From Macrostomum hystrix (Eukaryota > Animalia > Platyhelminthes), in NCBI GenBank assembly GCA_950097015.1, contig CATNEN010000002.1, forward strand, positions 4,216,001-4,280,000: a stretch of DNA of 64,000 bases, written 5' to 3'. Position 1 is the stretch's first letter; every line of letters starts with the position of its first letter. Shown piece after piece: positions 1-12,807 of the stretch. A program made the translations under genes and the position numbers. Below the pieces are notes generated by a model, which saw only the letters and a program-made list of their open reading frames with translations, searched no databases and was not told the DNA's origin.

Positions 1-11
1 TTGCGACTTAC

Positions 12-60
12 CTTGCTTGGCCCTCATTTCATCCAGCCGGTTCGGCCGGGTGTTGCGCAT
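12..60 (-). CDS. Probable first coding exon (MRNTRPNRLDEMRAKQ...) of a gene running off the left edge; weakly resembles a syntaxin N-peptide
   Basis: ATG at 60-58 and a 49-bp open frame ending at a consensus donor, AAG|GTAAGT (GT at 11-10). The syntaxin resemblance (cf. MTKDRLAALxAAQ) rests on 16 residues only. Confidence 0.4.
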
Positions 61-242
61 GTATGGTTTAAAGTGAAACACTTTGGTATGAATATTGGAG
101 CAGAATCAAGGAAAAAACCTCAACCTTGTTCAACATAGTTTGTATATAATACTCAGAAGTGTTCTTTCATTATTTAATAAACCATATGGAGACAAAGGCA
201 ATCCTACACTTCCATTCGGTAAATTATTTTCACATTTGAATT

Positions 243-1401
243 CGTACCACTGAGTCAAATGACGTCGATTGGCAATGTGTCTATGGCCAAAAGTTTGAGC
301 GAACAGAGTTTAAAGGGGTGTCAGTTTAAGGGAACTGTTGCTTGTGAGCTGCTTGTTTTATTGAGCTTCAATTTCTCATCTTTCTGTCTTCATTGCCATG
401 GCTGGGCAACCTGCAGCACCCGGGTTCATCATCCCGTTAAACGAGGTTCGAAACACCACCAAGCTACTCAATCTCAACATGTCGCTACAGGATCTGCACA
501 TCGTCACCCAGGACACGCTGTCTGCAATGCAGTGGTTGGCGAAGTACCATCTGCTTGGCAACACTCGCAACTGTCCATGTGGAACAAACATGAGGCTGCA
601 GCGGCGCCAGGGAGAACGCTACATCGACGGATACATGTGGGACTGTCAAGCGTGCCATGCCCAAGTGAATATCCACAAGTCTCCTTCTTTGAGGGTTCGC
701 ACTTGAAGTTGGTCCAGATTGTCGACCTGACGTACTGGTGGTCCCTGGAGACTAAGTCGGCAGAGGCAATGAGCCAGTGTGGCATTGGCAGTTGGAGTAC
801 AATCGTGGACTGGCACCAGTTCCTGAGGGATATATGCCAACAATTCCTCATTGACCACCAGCTCGAACTTGGCGGCCCTGGCAAGGAGGTGGAGATCGAC
901 GAGTCAAAGTTTATGCATGGTAAGTACCATCAGGGGGCCTGGCGCGAGGGCCACTGGGTCCTGGGTATGGTCGAGCGTGGCTCTAACAAGTGCATGATGA
1001 CAGTCATTCCGGATTGCTCTGCCGCCACCTTGGTACCAATCATCCAACGGTTTGTACTACCGGGTACGCGCATCATCACCGATGGATGGTTGGTGTACGC
1101 TGGTCTACCCAACTACGTCTTGGTGAACCATCGGCTGCACTTCATAGATCCAGCGGACCCAACAGTCCAAACCAACACTGTGGAGGGCACATGGGCCCAG
1201 GCGAAGCGCAAGATCGGCAATATGCATGGCACGAGCAACACTCTTCAACGCACACATTGAGGAATTTCTCTGGCGTCGTCTGTATCCCCAATGTCCATTT
1301 GGGGCTATCCTGTACTGGATTGGACATTACTATCCATTGTAGACACCTTAATGACCTGCAGACACACTCTAAGTGACTATGCGCTCTAACAGACTGCTAC
1401 C
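243..1401 (+). mobile_element. Merlin (eukaryotic IS1595/ISXO2-like) DNA transposon, decayed; ends approximate
   Basis: Contains an ISXO2-type transposase. Imperfect ends are (C)GTACCA...TGTGTCT at 243-282 and the reverse complement GGTAGCA...TGTGTCT ending at 1401. No TSD found. Confidence 0.6.
398..1342 (+). pseudogene. Merlin/ISXO2-family DDE transposase with two frameshifts
   Basis: Frame 1 (398-~680) has the zinc finger CPCG...WDCQAC. Frame 2 has SFFEGSHL, GGPGKEVEIDES, IITDGW and VNH...TNTVEGTW, so the D-D-E triad is intact. Frame 3 ends HIEEFLWRRLYPQCPFGAILYWIGHYYPL* (TAG 1340-1342). Confidence 0.85.
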
Positions 1402-1630
1402 ATGTTCCACTGTTTCAGTTTTGTTTGTTACATTGTTATTTAACACGCCTGTTCAAAATTCAGTGTCAAAATAATTTACTGAACGGAAGTGTAGGATTGC
1501 CGAGACAAATACTAAGAATTCAAGAGAGAGAACTAGAAAGTATTGCTGTACACTTGAGATCATTAGTAGTGCTTTTCAGAAAGTCAATACTCAGAAATAC
1601 ATACAATAAAGCTCTTTAATATATATTAGG

Positions 1631-2101
1631 GGTCCCAGGTCATTTCAGTGACAAGACATTTCAGTGACAGTCATTTCGGTGACAGAATTGGTCAGTTCAG
1701 TGACAACTATTTTTGCACCTAAATATGCTAAGAAAACAGCCTTCCACGATCCAGCAGCTGCTTAAAGCCTGCACTCGCCTTGTCAATCCAAAACTTGAAA
1801 AATGTTTATTATACACATTTAATTAGGAACAAATAACTATTGAAACTATTGACTAGGGCCTACTCATTAAATAATTTAATAATTTAACTCATTTAAAGTA
1901 AAACCCAGACTTTAACATAGCAATGCAGCTTCTTATTAATACTTTTAGCATTATTTAATTAATATTTTATGTGTGCATAGTTAAAATGGAAGGCAGTTTT
2001 TTAGCATATTAAGGTGCAAAAATAGTTGTCACCAATCTGACCAATTGTGTCACCGAAATGACTGTCACCGAAATGTCTTGTCACCGAAATGACCTGGGGC
2101 C
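1631..2101. mobile_element. 471-bp MITE with ~115-bp terminal inverted repeats and an 8-bp TSD (ATATTAGG)
   Basis: The TIRs (1631-1746 and 1987-2101) are near-perfect reverse complements built from TTTC(A/G)GTGAC sub-repeats. ATATTAGG lies at 1623-1630 and 2102-2109. No coding capacity. Confidence 0.9.
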
Positions 2102-2961
2102 ATATTAGGTACATTCTGAGAGATTAATTCTAAAAAAACATTGAAATAACTGAAAATATGCTTGCTACAACTTATATGTTTAAAAGAGGGTATTAGAAGA
2201 AAGAACTAATCTACAACTTTGTTGGCATCGGGAAAAACTTTTGAATAGTAAATAATCCTAGGATATATTCAGTGACATCATATCGTTAGGGTGATTAAAT
2301 TAAATAGGGAAGCATTATGGCAACTTTAGTGGCATCATTGAGATAAAAAAATACTAAGAAGTTAGGCCTCCGACGCATAGTGCCTAGCCTACAATATAAC
2401 TAAGCAAAATGGCCTACAAAGTGGCCTAACTAGACAATGCCTAGCACACAGTTTACAAAAAGGACAACAGGCTTTATCAACAAGCTTACATACAAACAAA
2501 CTCACCAGCTTTAGCAGCCTTACTACCACGGCCCCGTCCACGTCCTCTACCACGGCCGCGTGCCATTTTGATTGATTAAGAAGTATGAAAATATTAATTT
2601 GAAGCCAACTAGATAAAGACAAAAGTTGATTCTTTGATTCATCATTTTAAAGAATAGAACTATAGAATTGTCAGACAAATTACTTTTTTGTCATTTAAAA
2701 CAAAAAATATACCGTTTTATAAGAAGTGAGAATAAAAATGAGTAAAATAAATACCACAATCAAAACTTTTAAACTGTTTAGTGCTTAAGAGCTAAGAAAA
2801 ATTTCTGTAATAATTTTTTCTTAAATTATTTAAAGATGTCAACAGATGCGTTTTACTCGTGGTCATAATTATTGTCATGGTCAACTTGTCCGATACTATC
2901 GTGATATTTAAACTAGAGTTTTAATTTCCTTGCGATTTCTGTAACTTCAAAAAAAGTAAAA

Positions 2962-5900
2962 ATGAATGACACAGATCACCTCGATCTGTACAATATTGGT
3001 GAGGAAGAGGACTTTAAAACCGAGCCTGAGGTAAGCCAAACTTTAATATTTGTATCATAATTTCATAGACAACCATTTTGCATTACTGTTATATAATTTT
3101 TATGCAACAAAGAATTATACAACTGCAACTCACAAAGCAAAAAATCTTGAAGTAAGCTCTAGAACGTGCTGGGCCTGAATTTTATAGTTAAGAATTATCC
3201 TAAAGGTTAGGCCTATGGCTTCTTTCATGTCACTGCTGCCCAAAAAAAATAATTATTAGAATTTGCTAATCGCTATAGCTTATTGAGACAATTAATAGGC
3301 CATATAAAAAAGTGGGCATAAATTTACTTTTGTTTGCAAATTTTTTTTCTTCTTTTAAAATCTTGAATGATGAAGTGGATAACGTGACTTAATGTCAACT
3401 GGTAACAAAACTGGTGGGAAGCATTTTTAAATGGCACTGAGCATTGCTCAGTTCTGTTCAATGCAGTCCTGACTGTCTCAGATTCCTAAACTGGGTAATA
3501 TTGACAAATCCAGTACAGAATGCTGCCAAAAGCCTTGTCAGGCCCCAGGTGAAGGCATTGCCATAGATACTTTTGAGTGTGCGATTCAAAGAGGGCATAG
3601 CTAATGCCATGCCACATAGTCTCGTCCGTACTTGCCATCACTTCCATCAGATCCCTTGAGTTCATATTTAGTTCTGTCAGTGCCTGTGCTGGCAGAACTT
3701 CATTTGGTGGCACAATCCACAATGGTCTTGGGGGCTGTCTAGCCATTTGCAAACCAGAAAAGTCTCAAAGCCTCTAAAATCCAAACTATAGTGAGGGCTC
3801 AAAAAAACTCAGCCAAATTTTTGTGTCCAAAACAACTTTACACGACTAGGCCCTACTATGGGCCATAGACAACTCCCATTCGTCATTCCATGTCATTGGC
3901 ACCATTTTAAAAGAGGAAAAAAAATTGTGAATAAAAGTATATTTACTCCAAAAAGTGTTATAGGTTCTATTAATTTAAACCTAAACACAATTTTAAAACT
4001 TTTACATATTCACAAATTTACATGGCAGAGCTTATTCTCATGTTCCCATGCCGATAATTTCAATTTTATTTACACAGATCTGTGCCAATAATTTTCTGCT
4101 TATCCACATGGCAGCTTACATAAATAGGTCTACAACTAAGAAAATTGTTCAGCAAAAGCATTGGGACATCGTTTTAACTCTCAAGAATTTAACGCCTAAG
4201 TCCAAAGGACCCACAATTGTAAAGATTTGCAGAGGAAAGCGAGGAACTAGTTAGCATGCTTTTGTCAAGTTTCTGAAACCTTAATTTCGTATGGGAACAA
4301 GTCAGTAGTATTATTTGCGCATGTGCATCATATCATATTTCAAGCGTGTCTGCAATACAAATGTCAGTGCGATTCTTCATGCGATTGTTAGCAACATTAC
4401 ATGTTATTCAAAATTAATGATTCTTTGAAATTTAACATGTGCATTGCTTGTAATTAATAGAGGCCCTACTACAGGTACTGCAGGTTCTGGAAAACATGTA
4501 TGGCCAGTTGTATATATAGTACATGAAAACTGCTACACAGTTCCTGTAAAATATGTGCTTTTTAAGTTCTTAAAGTTATCGGCAAAACAAGCTGCCGTGT
4601 GGATAAGCAGAAAATTATCGGCACGGATCCGTGTGGATAAAATTGAAATTATTGGCATGGGACCATGGGAATAAGCACTTCCTATTTACATTGCTACCAG
4701 AGTCCAGACTAATAATGGTTTCTGATTCTTTCTATTCTATTTGTATTCTGTCATCTTTTGTGATAATAACTTTAGAATAGTTTAGTCTCTAAAATAAACT
4801 TCATACAAACTCATTTGCCATATGCAGAATTATTAAATTTTTTTCTGCAGAAAATGTCATATTGATTGGTCACTTACTTACTTTAACACCCTTTATATTC
4901 ATAATTTAGGTCAGGAAGTGGTCTCACTTAGCCCTTAGGCATGGCTGGGTGTCTGCAATGCACTTAAGATAAAAAGGGTTTTCAGGCCAAGAATTTTGTT
5001 GCCTTGTCTTGCATAATATTAGCTTATTATTATTTATAGTAGATATTAAAATATGTATAATCTTTATATTAGTATGTGAAGCAATCCTTTGTATTATTAT
5101 ACCAAACCATTTTCTTTTTCTCTCAACTCAATTAGGAGCCAGAGAATGATGATGGTGACATGGCTGGCAGTGGCTCTGCATCTGAGCAGCCAGTCTCCGC
5201 TGGCAATGGCGCCAGCTCCAGCAAGAGCAGTGGTGTCATCAAACTGTCAGGCATCACTGGCAGCGCCAGCTCTGTGAACGATTCTGGCGATTCCAATCAG
5301 GCAGCCTCTAGCACCAATGGTGGCCAACAGCAGCAGCAGCAGTATGGCCGCAAGGTGGCCATGTATGTTGGCAATCTAACCTGGTGGACTACAGATGAAG
5401 ACATGATGTCCTGCATGCGCGAACTAAACATCAGCGATGTGATTGAGATCAAATTTCACGAGAACCGGCAGAATGGCCAATCCAAAGGCTTCTGTGTGCT
5501 GGTTGTCGGCTCGGAGCAGTCCAGCCGCACCGTAATGGATCGCCTGCCAAAGATGGAGCTGCATGGTCAGCAGCCGATGGTGATGCACTGCAACAAGCAA
5601 ACTCTGCAGTACTTTGAACAGCAGGCAGGTGGCAGCAATGGCGGCAGCAGTGGCGGCGGTCGAACCGGCGGTCGGGACGACGCCAGTGCTAGTAGCGGCG
5701 GCGGTGGCTCGCAGGGCGGCATGCAGATGCAGCGTGACGGCTATCGTGGAGGCGGAGGCCAGGGCATGCGACAGTCGGGCATGCAGCAGGCTCAGTCTGG
5801 CTACAGGCAGCAGCCGCAGCCGCTTATGGCATCGGCTGCCCAGCCACAGTCTCAGCTGGCCCAGCAGATGGCCCAGCAGATGCAGCAGCAGCAGGCGCAA

Positions 5901-7091
5901 ATGCTAGCTTATCAGCAGCGCATGGCTATGGCCGCTCAGCAGCAGCCGCCGCCGCAGTTCATGCGTCCCGGCATGCCGCCACCGCAGGCTGCGCCTTTCA
6001 TTCGGCCGCCTGGCATGATGATGCCACCTGGAGGGCCGCACATGCCGCCGCCTCAGCAACCGATGCAGCCAATGCCCGGCATGCCACCGCCCGGCTCAGC
6101 AGCTGGTCCCGGCATCCCAGGCGGCCCGCCGCAGGGCATGATGATGCAGGGCCGGCCGCCTATGCCCGGCATGCCGTCAGGTATGCCTGGTATGCCACCG
6201 GGAATGCCGCAGCAGCAGAACCCGCAGGGCGGTCCGCCACAGCAGCAGCCGCCGCACAGCATGCCCGGCATGCCGCCACCTGGAGCAGCTGCGCCCCACA
6301 TTAATCCGGCATTCTTTCCCAGGCCACAAATGCCAGGTGGACCGCCCGGCGCTCCTGGCATGCCGCCGCAGCATATGCAGCAGCAGCAGGGCCAGCCTCA
6401 GCCTGGCATGATGCCCGGCGGTCCGCAGCAGCAGCAGCAGCAGCTGGACATGTTCGGCAGGCCCATAGCGCCAGGAGCATATATGCCGCATCCGCAGCAG
6501 CAGCAGCATCAGCCGCCAGTTTCCATGCCTGGTGTCAACTCAGCAGCTCCGGGTATGCCGCAGTCCACTAGCGCTGCAGCCGCCGCCGGCTTGTCAGAAT
6601 CTGACGCCGAGGAGATGCTGGCAAGGAACAAGACTGTCTGCAGCTCCGCCATCAGCCGGGCAGTTCAGGACGCTGCAGCTGGCGACTACGCCGCTGCCAT
6701 CGAGACCCTGGTGACGGCCATCTCGCTGATTAAGCAGAGCAAGTTGGCAGGCGACGATCGCTGCGCCATCCTCATCAACTCGCTGCAGGACACTCTCCAC
6801 GGCATCGAGAGCAAGAGTTACGGCAGTAGCCAGAAGACCAGCGGACGCAGCGGTGGCGGCGGCGGCGGCGGATCCAGCAGTCGCCGGCGCCGGTCCTACA
6901 GTCGGTCTGGCAGCGACGAGCCAGACGATCGGGTTGTCAGCGGCAGCAGCAAGCGATCGCGCAGTCGCAGCCGCGACGGCGGCGGCAGCAAACGACGCAG
7001 GAGCCGAGACCGCGACCGCTACGACTACGAGAGCGGCGGCGGCGGCAGCAGCAGCCGGCGTCATGGAGAGCGCTCGTCCTACAGGCACTAG
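2962..7091 (+). CDS. CPSF6: Cleavage and polyadenylation specificity factor 6 (CFIm68)-like, join(2962..3030,5136..7091), 674 aa
   Basis: Exon 1 is MNDTDHLDLYNIGEEEDF (cf. MADGVDHIDIY), with donor GTAAGC at 3031 and an in-phase acceptor TTAG at 5135. The protein has the RRM MYVGNLTWWTTDEDM...ENRQNGQSKGF, a Pro/Gln-rich region with PHINPAFF, the conserved helix block SSAISRAVQDAAAGDY...IETLVTAISLIKQSK...LQDTLHGIESKSY, and an RS/RD tail. Confidence 0.93.
3401..3903 (-). mobile_element. Internally deleted Merlin derivative in CPSF6 intron 1; carries an 86-codon in-frame N/C-terminal fusion ORF (3746-3486)
   Basis: MARQPPRPLWIVPPNEV...LNMNSRDL aligns with the N-terminus of the 398 transposase (MAGQPAAPGFIIPLNEV...LNMSLQDL). 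HGISYALFESHTQKYLW...FGSILYWICQYYPV* aligns with its C-terminus. The ends begin GGTGCCA and GGTAACA, and TGTCTATGGCC lies 32 bp inside the 5' end. No TSD found. Confidence 0.7.
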
Positions 7092-10000
7092 GCAATTTAG
7101 TCGGGATCAGTGAGCAGGGAGAAAGGAAGAAAGTTGCGTAGGTATCCTCTGTACCCGCGTGTGCCAGCGCGCTGAATTATCTACGTGAGTTTGCTGCATA
7201 ATTGCTTTGTGTTTTGTTATTTTTATTGTCTAAATCGACAATGTGTTTTTGTGCATGTGTGCTCGTTCATTTTATAACCTAGATTAATTATGCGGCTTTT
7301 CAAATCGTTGGTTCTATTAGCTTTGTAGGATCAATGTGTTTGGCATTCGAATTCTTTATTAGTCTATAGTCTCATAATTTTCTGTTATGCTAAAGGATAT
7401 AAGTTTGAATTGTCTTAACAAAAATGGAGTTAGGTGTTAGTAGTGATTTCCTGTACAAATGTCGTTTAGGTGATTTCTAATCTTCTGTTTTCAGTGTAAA
7501 ATGGGTCGCAATGCTGTTTCAAACAAATTAGCTAGCTAGTCAACAAACGCATTGTTTACTAATTTAAGCAGCAATCTCAATTCTAAAGTCTCTTTACTAG
7601 CAATTCAAATTGTTCCGGTGAAAATGTTTTATTAGGAACTTTTTCAAAACAGTAGGCACGCGCATGTACTATTGTTCGCCTATCCGCCCTGTTCAATTTA
7701 TCTTCTTTAATTAGCTTGAATGTAGCTAGCTGGGTTTTGTTTTCATTTATTTATAATCTTGTCCGGCTTGCACTGTTCAGTTAGTCTTTCACTTTGTATA
7801 CTGTCTTGGAAAGCAGATGTGTTTTTAGGAAATTTATTACTCAACATATTAAAGGCATTTAGTACAGTAAACTAATAATTATACCAATGATATGCAATCT
7901 TTCAACTGTCAATCCCTGTTTACTGGGGTGACATCATTATCTATTGATCTAAGTCTTCTTTTATCCTTATCTAATCTTCCCAGATCCTCATATTATTAAT
8001 GGTCCCTAAATCTTACTGTTTATCATGTTTTCCAGCGCCCAAAGTACGTATGTTTTGTCTATTTAGGTTTCCGAAAAATCCCAAGTCTTTCATTGTCCCG
8101 TAAGATATGACCGGTGCTACTGCATTTGTTCATGGCTACTGGCCTTAATCCTTAACAAATCCTTGCTGAATGAGTTCTGGAAAATTTAATTTGTTAGACT
8201 TTATTAACTAGCCTAAAAGCTTCCACTAATGGTGCTTACCTAGAGTTAACAAGTGCACGTTGTTATTAATTTAGTGATGCGAATTTTTTGCAACAATGGC
8301 TACAGCCATCCATAGCTAGGCTGGTTGATGATAATGTTGCTAACAAACACGATTGTGTAAGTATGTCTATTTAAAATTAGTATCCCAGTGTAGACTTTTT
8401 TATGCACTTTTAAAGATACATTACAGAGGCTGCACTTTGTGTGGGTTCAAATTTTACAATTAAAATGCGTTCTGCTTACTTTTAGTAGCAGTATTTGAAA
8501 CAAAATTTCGTGGTAATTTTTTACTGCTCAGTCTAGTGTTCCCCGTGTTCAAGTGTTCCCTAGTTTAAAATATGTAGATTAGAAATAAATATAATTAATT
8601 TAATATTCTTTATAAAGCGACCCTGTGTGATAACCAACCGCGTCCGCACTCACCGAACATCATCTTAAACATTCTATCCATATTTATATCTACTATTTGT
8701 TTAGTTTATTATGCATTCAGTGAAATTATTACGTTTTTTATTTACTTTTCGGGGTAATATTTCACGTTGCTGTCGAGATTCTCAAGTTAATTAGTTCTCC
8801 GTGTATCCGCGTTCTGTCTGGACAATCGCCTTATATTATGCCAAGGGTTTTTCACTGTCTTAGCGTTTGTGCGATATTTTGCACGAACTATTGCTAATTC
8901 TGAAGGTTAAACCAGATTTTGTTGATCTTTTTTTAATTCCTTGTAAGATAAATTAAATGAGTGTTCAGTTATTTATGTTTAGTCTTATTTTAAGCATACA
9001 TTTATCTGTAAAGTTGAAATACCTCCTAGAAGTAAACGTACGCATTTGGCCCTTCAAAATATTGTCTCTGGTCAAAGTAACTCTGTGATTTCCAATCAGC
9101 GTTGGTTTGTGTACAGTGATGCACAATCTGCAGCCAAGTCGCGGTCCTTTGGACAAAGGTGAACAAACATGCCATTGCAATAATACATTTCAATCAAATA
9201 AATCGCCTAGGATTTTCAAGGACTAACCAGGGAGGTCATTTTTGTAGTTAATTTCGTTGATGCCATGACATTTTTTATATTATAATGTTGCTTACCTTTG
9301 CTGCTCTCCGTTATTTCTACAGGCTCCTCGAATTTGTGTCGTCAACTGGTTGCTACGGCGTCGGATCTGATTTGATATGGATCGATCGATGGATTAACTA
9401 ATCCGTCTCTTGTAATTTTCTTTAGCGCTCGTGGCTGATCAATTTATAAAACCCGTGGCATTAAGTCTTCTAATAATTGTTCTAATATCAATCCCAGTCT
9501 CCTTGTTAATCCCCATTATTCCCTATTAAACTGACTAATCACCTTTATATTTTCTTTTGTGTTTTATATTTTAAGCGAACATACTTATAACAAGCTGTAA
9601 AATTATATTTTTTTGTTTCATTGTTTTCTTGCTGCAGCTTTTGTTATTGTCTTAACAAAATCGTTAATCCATAGCGGTGTCTGTGTGAGATTGCCCCTGT
9701 TGCTGCTCATTGTTGTTAATTCGCTCTGTTGTTTGTCTGTTCTGTGTGTACATGTATTATTAGCTTAGCTGCAGTTAGTTGACGTTCTGTCACCTTGAAT
9801 TTAAGTTAATTGGTTCAAATATTCCTGCTTAGGTAAATGTACTAATGTCAACATCTACTAATTTTGAACGTTTAGATTTTACATTAAGGACATTAGGAAA
9901 ATCTCATCTCATAATGAAATTTATATGAACTTCAACAAAACTCGTTTAATTGCTGCGTTGGTTTTTAACAACCAGGTGAAAACGTATCGCCATCCTTTTA

Positions 10001-10222
10001 ATGTTAGCTGTTTGCAACATTGCTACTATACACATTGCTACTCATGTTTCATCTGTTACTCTCTTGGGGATCGAAGGAAATAAAACGAGGTAAAAATCCC
10101 ACTGCGCTTTGTCAAGTAAAGTCGTGAAGATAAATTATTCCGATTGACTTTTAACGTTTTCATTTCCTTCTTTTTTCATGACGTGTTTGTATAGCCTTCT
10201 TAGAAGTCAGATGTTAACAATT

Positions 10223-12807
10223 AGGATAACTCATTGATTCATGAGGATCTGAGAGGAGAGCTCCCCGATTCATGAGGATCTGAGAGGAGAGCTCACCCCT
10301 CATTGATTCATGAGGATCTGAGAGGATAGCTCACTGATTCATGAGGATCTGAGAGGATAGCTCATTGATTCATGAGGATCTGAGAGGATAGCTCACTGAT
10401 TCATGAGGATCTGAGAGGATAGCTCATTGATTCATGAGGATCTGAGAGGATAGCTTACTGATTCATGAGGATCTGAGAGGATAGCTCATTGATTCATGAG
10501 GATCTGAGAGGATAGCTCACTGATTCATGAGGATCTGAGAGGAGAGCTTACTGATTCATGAGGATCTGAGAGGATAGCTCATTGATTCATGAGGATCTGA
10601 GAGGAGAGCTCATTGATTCATGAGGATCTGAGAGGATAGCTCACTGATTCATGAGGATCTGAGAGGATAGCTCACTGATTCATGAGGATCTGAGAGGAGA
10701 GCTCATTGATTCATGAGGATCTGAGAGGATAGCTCACTGATTCATGAGGATCTGAGAGGATAGCTCACTGATTCATGAGGATCTGAGAGGATAGCTCTCT
10801 GATTCATGAGGATCTGAGAGGATAGCTCACTGATTCATGAGGATCTGAGAGGATAGCTCACTGATTCATGAGGATCTGAGAGGAGAGCTCACTGATTCAT
10901 GAGGATCTGAGAGGATAGCTCACTGATTCATGAGGATCTGAGAGGATAGCTCACTGATTCATGAGGATCTGAGAGGATAGCTCATTGATTCATGAGGATC
11001 TGAGAGGATAGCTCACTGATTCATGAGGATCTGAGAGGATAGCTCATTGATTCATGAGGATCTGAGAGGATAGCTCATTGATTCATGAGGATCTGAGAGG
11101 AGAGCTCACCCCTCATTGATTCATGAGGATCTGAGAGGATAGCTCATTGATTCATGAGGATCTGAGAGGAGAGCTCACCCCTCATTGATTCATGAGGATC
11201 TGAGAGGAGAGCTCACCCCTCATTGATTCATGAGGATCTGAGAAGATAGCTCACTGATTCATGAGGATCTGAGAGGATAGCTCATTGATTCATGAGGATC
11301 TGAGAGGATAGCTCACTGATTCATGAGGATCTGAGAGGATAGCTCACTGATTCATGAGGATCTGAGAGGATAGCTCACTGATTCATGAGGATCTGAGAGG
11401 ATAGCTCATTGATTCATGAGGATATGAGAGGATAGCTCACTGATTCATGAGGATCTGAGAGGATAGCTCACTGATTCATGAGGATCTGAGAGGATAGCTC
11501 ACTGATTCATGAGGATCTGAGAGGATAGCTCACTGATTCATGAGGATCTGAGAGGATAGCTCACTGATTCATGAGGATCTGAGAGGAGAGCTCACTGATT
11601 CATGAGGATCTGAGAGGATAGCTCACTGATTCATGAGGATCTGAGAGGATAGCTCACTGATTCATGAGGATCTGAGAGGATAGCTCACTGATTCATGAGG
11701 ATCTGAGAGGATAGCTCACTGATTCATGAGGATCTGAGAGGATAGCTCATTGATTCATGAGGATCTGAGAGGAGAGCTCACTGATTCATGAGGATCTGAG
11801 AGGATAGCTCACTGATTCATGAGGATCTGAGAGGATAGCTCACTGATTCATGAGGATCTGAGAGGATAGCTCACTGATTCATGAGGATCTGAGAGGATAG
11901 CTCACTGATTCATGAGGATCTGAGAGGATAGCTCACTGATTCATGAGGATCTGAGAGGAGAGCTCACTGATTCATGAGGATCTGAGAGGATAGCTCACTG
12001 ATTCATGAGGATCTGAGAGGATAGCTCACTGATTCATGAGGATCTGAGAGGATAGCTCACTGATTCATGAGGATCTGAGAGGATAGCTCACTGATTCATG
12101 AGGATCTGAGAGGATAGCTCATTGATTCATGAGGATCTGAGAGGATAGCTCACTGATTCATGAGGATCTGAGAGGATAGCTCACTGATTCATGAGGATCT
12201 GAGAGGATAGCTCATTGATTCATGAGGATCTGAGAGGATAGCTCATTGATTCATGAGGATCTGAGAGGATAGCTCACTGATTCATGAGGATCTGAGAGGA
12301 TAGCTCATTGATTCATGAGGATCTGAGAGGATAGCTCACTGATTCATGAGGATCTGAGAGGATAGCTCACTGATTCATGAGGATCTGAGAGGATAGCTCA
12401 CTGATTCATGAGGATCTGAGAGGATAGCTCATTGATTCATGAGGATCTGAGAGGATAGCTCACTGATTCATGAGGATCTGAGAGGAGAGCTCAATAATTC
12501 ATGAGGATCTGAGAGGAGAGCTCAATAATTCATGAGGATCTGAGAGGAGAGCTCAATAATTCATGAGGATCTGAGAGGATAGCTCACTGATTCATGAGGA
12601 TCTGAGAGGAGAGCTCACTGATTCATGAGGATCTGAGAGGAGAGCTCACTGATTCATGAGGATCTGAGAGGAGAGCTCATTGATTCATGAGGATCTGAGA
12701 GAATAGCTCACTGATTCATGAGGATCTGAGAGGAGAGCTCACTGATTCATGAGGATCTGAGAGGAGAGCTCACTGATTCATGAGGATCTGAGAGGAGAGC
12801 TCACTGA
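10223..12807. repeat. Tandem minisatellite, 31-bp unit GATTCATGAGGATCTGAGAGGATAGCTCACT, ~83 copies
   Basis: Head-to-tail units without spacers. Variants include ACT/ATT, GGATAG/GGAGAG and an occasional short CCCTCA-type insertion. Confidence 0.97.

Noticed and set aside
259-1376. Bacterial IS1595 insertion or contamination
   Set aside because: The flanks are intron-containing animal genes and a diverged relative sits in a CPSF6 intron. This fits the eukaryotic Merlin superfamily.
5089-7113. Overlapping and antisense ORFs within CPSF6 (and likewise within the F-box gene and the ceramide synthase)
   Set aside because: They are shadow ORFs of GC-rich, low-complexity coding sequence, with no independent features.
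7092-9600. UGUA-rich 3' UTR suggesting CFIm autoregulation of CPSF6
   Set aside because: TGTA occurs only slightly more often than expected for this AT-rich composition, and the transcript end is unknown.
10223-12807. CRISPR-like array (31-bp repeats with short palindromes)
   Set aside because: The units are head-to-tail with no unique spacers, there are no cas genes, and the context is eukaryotic. The same holds for the 26-, 32-, 34- and 44-bp arrays.
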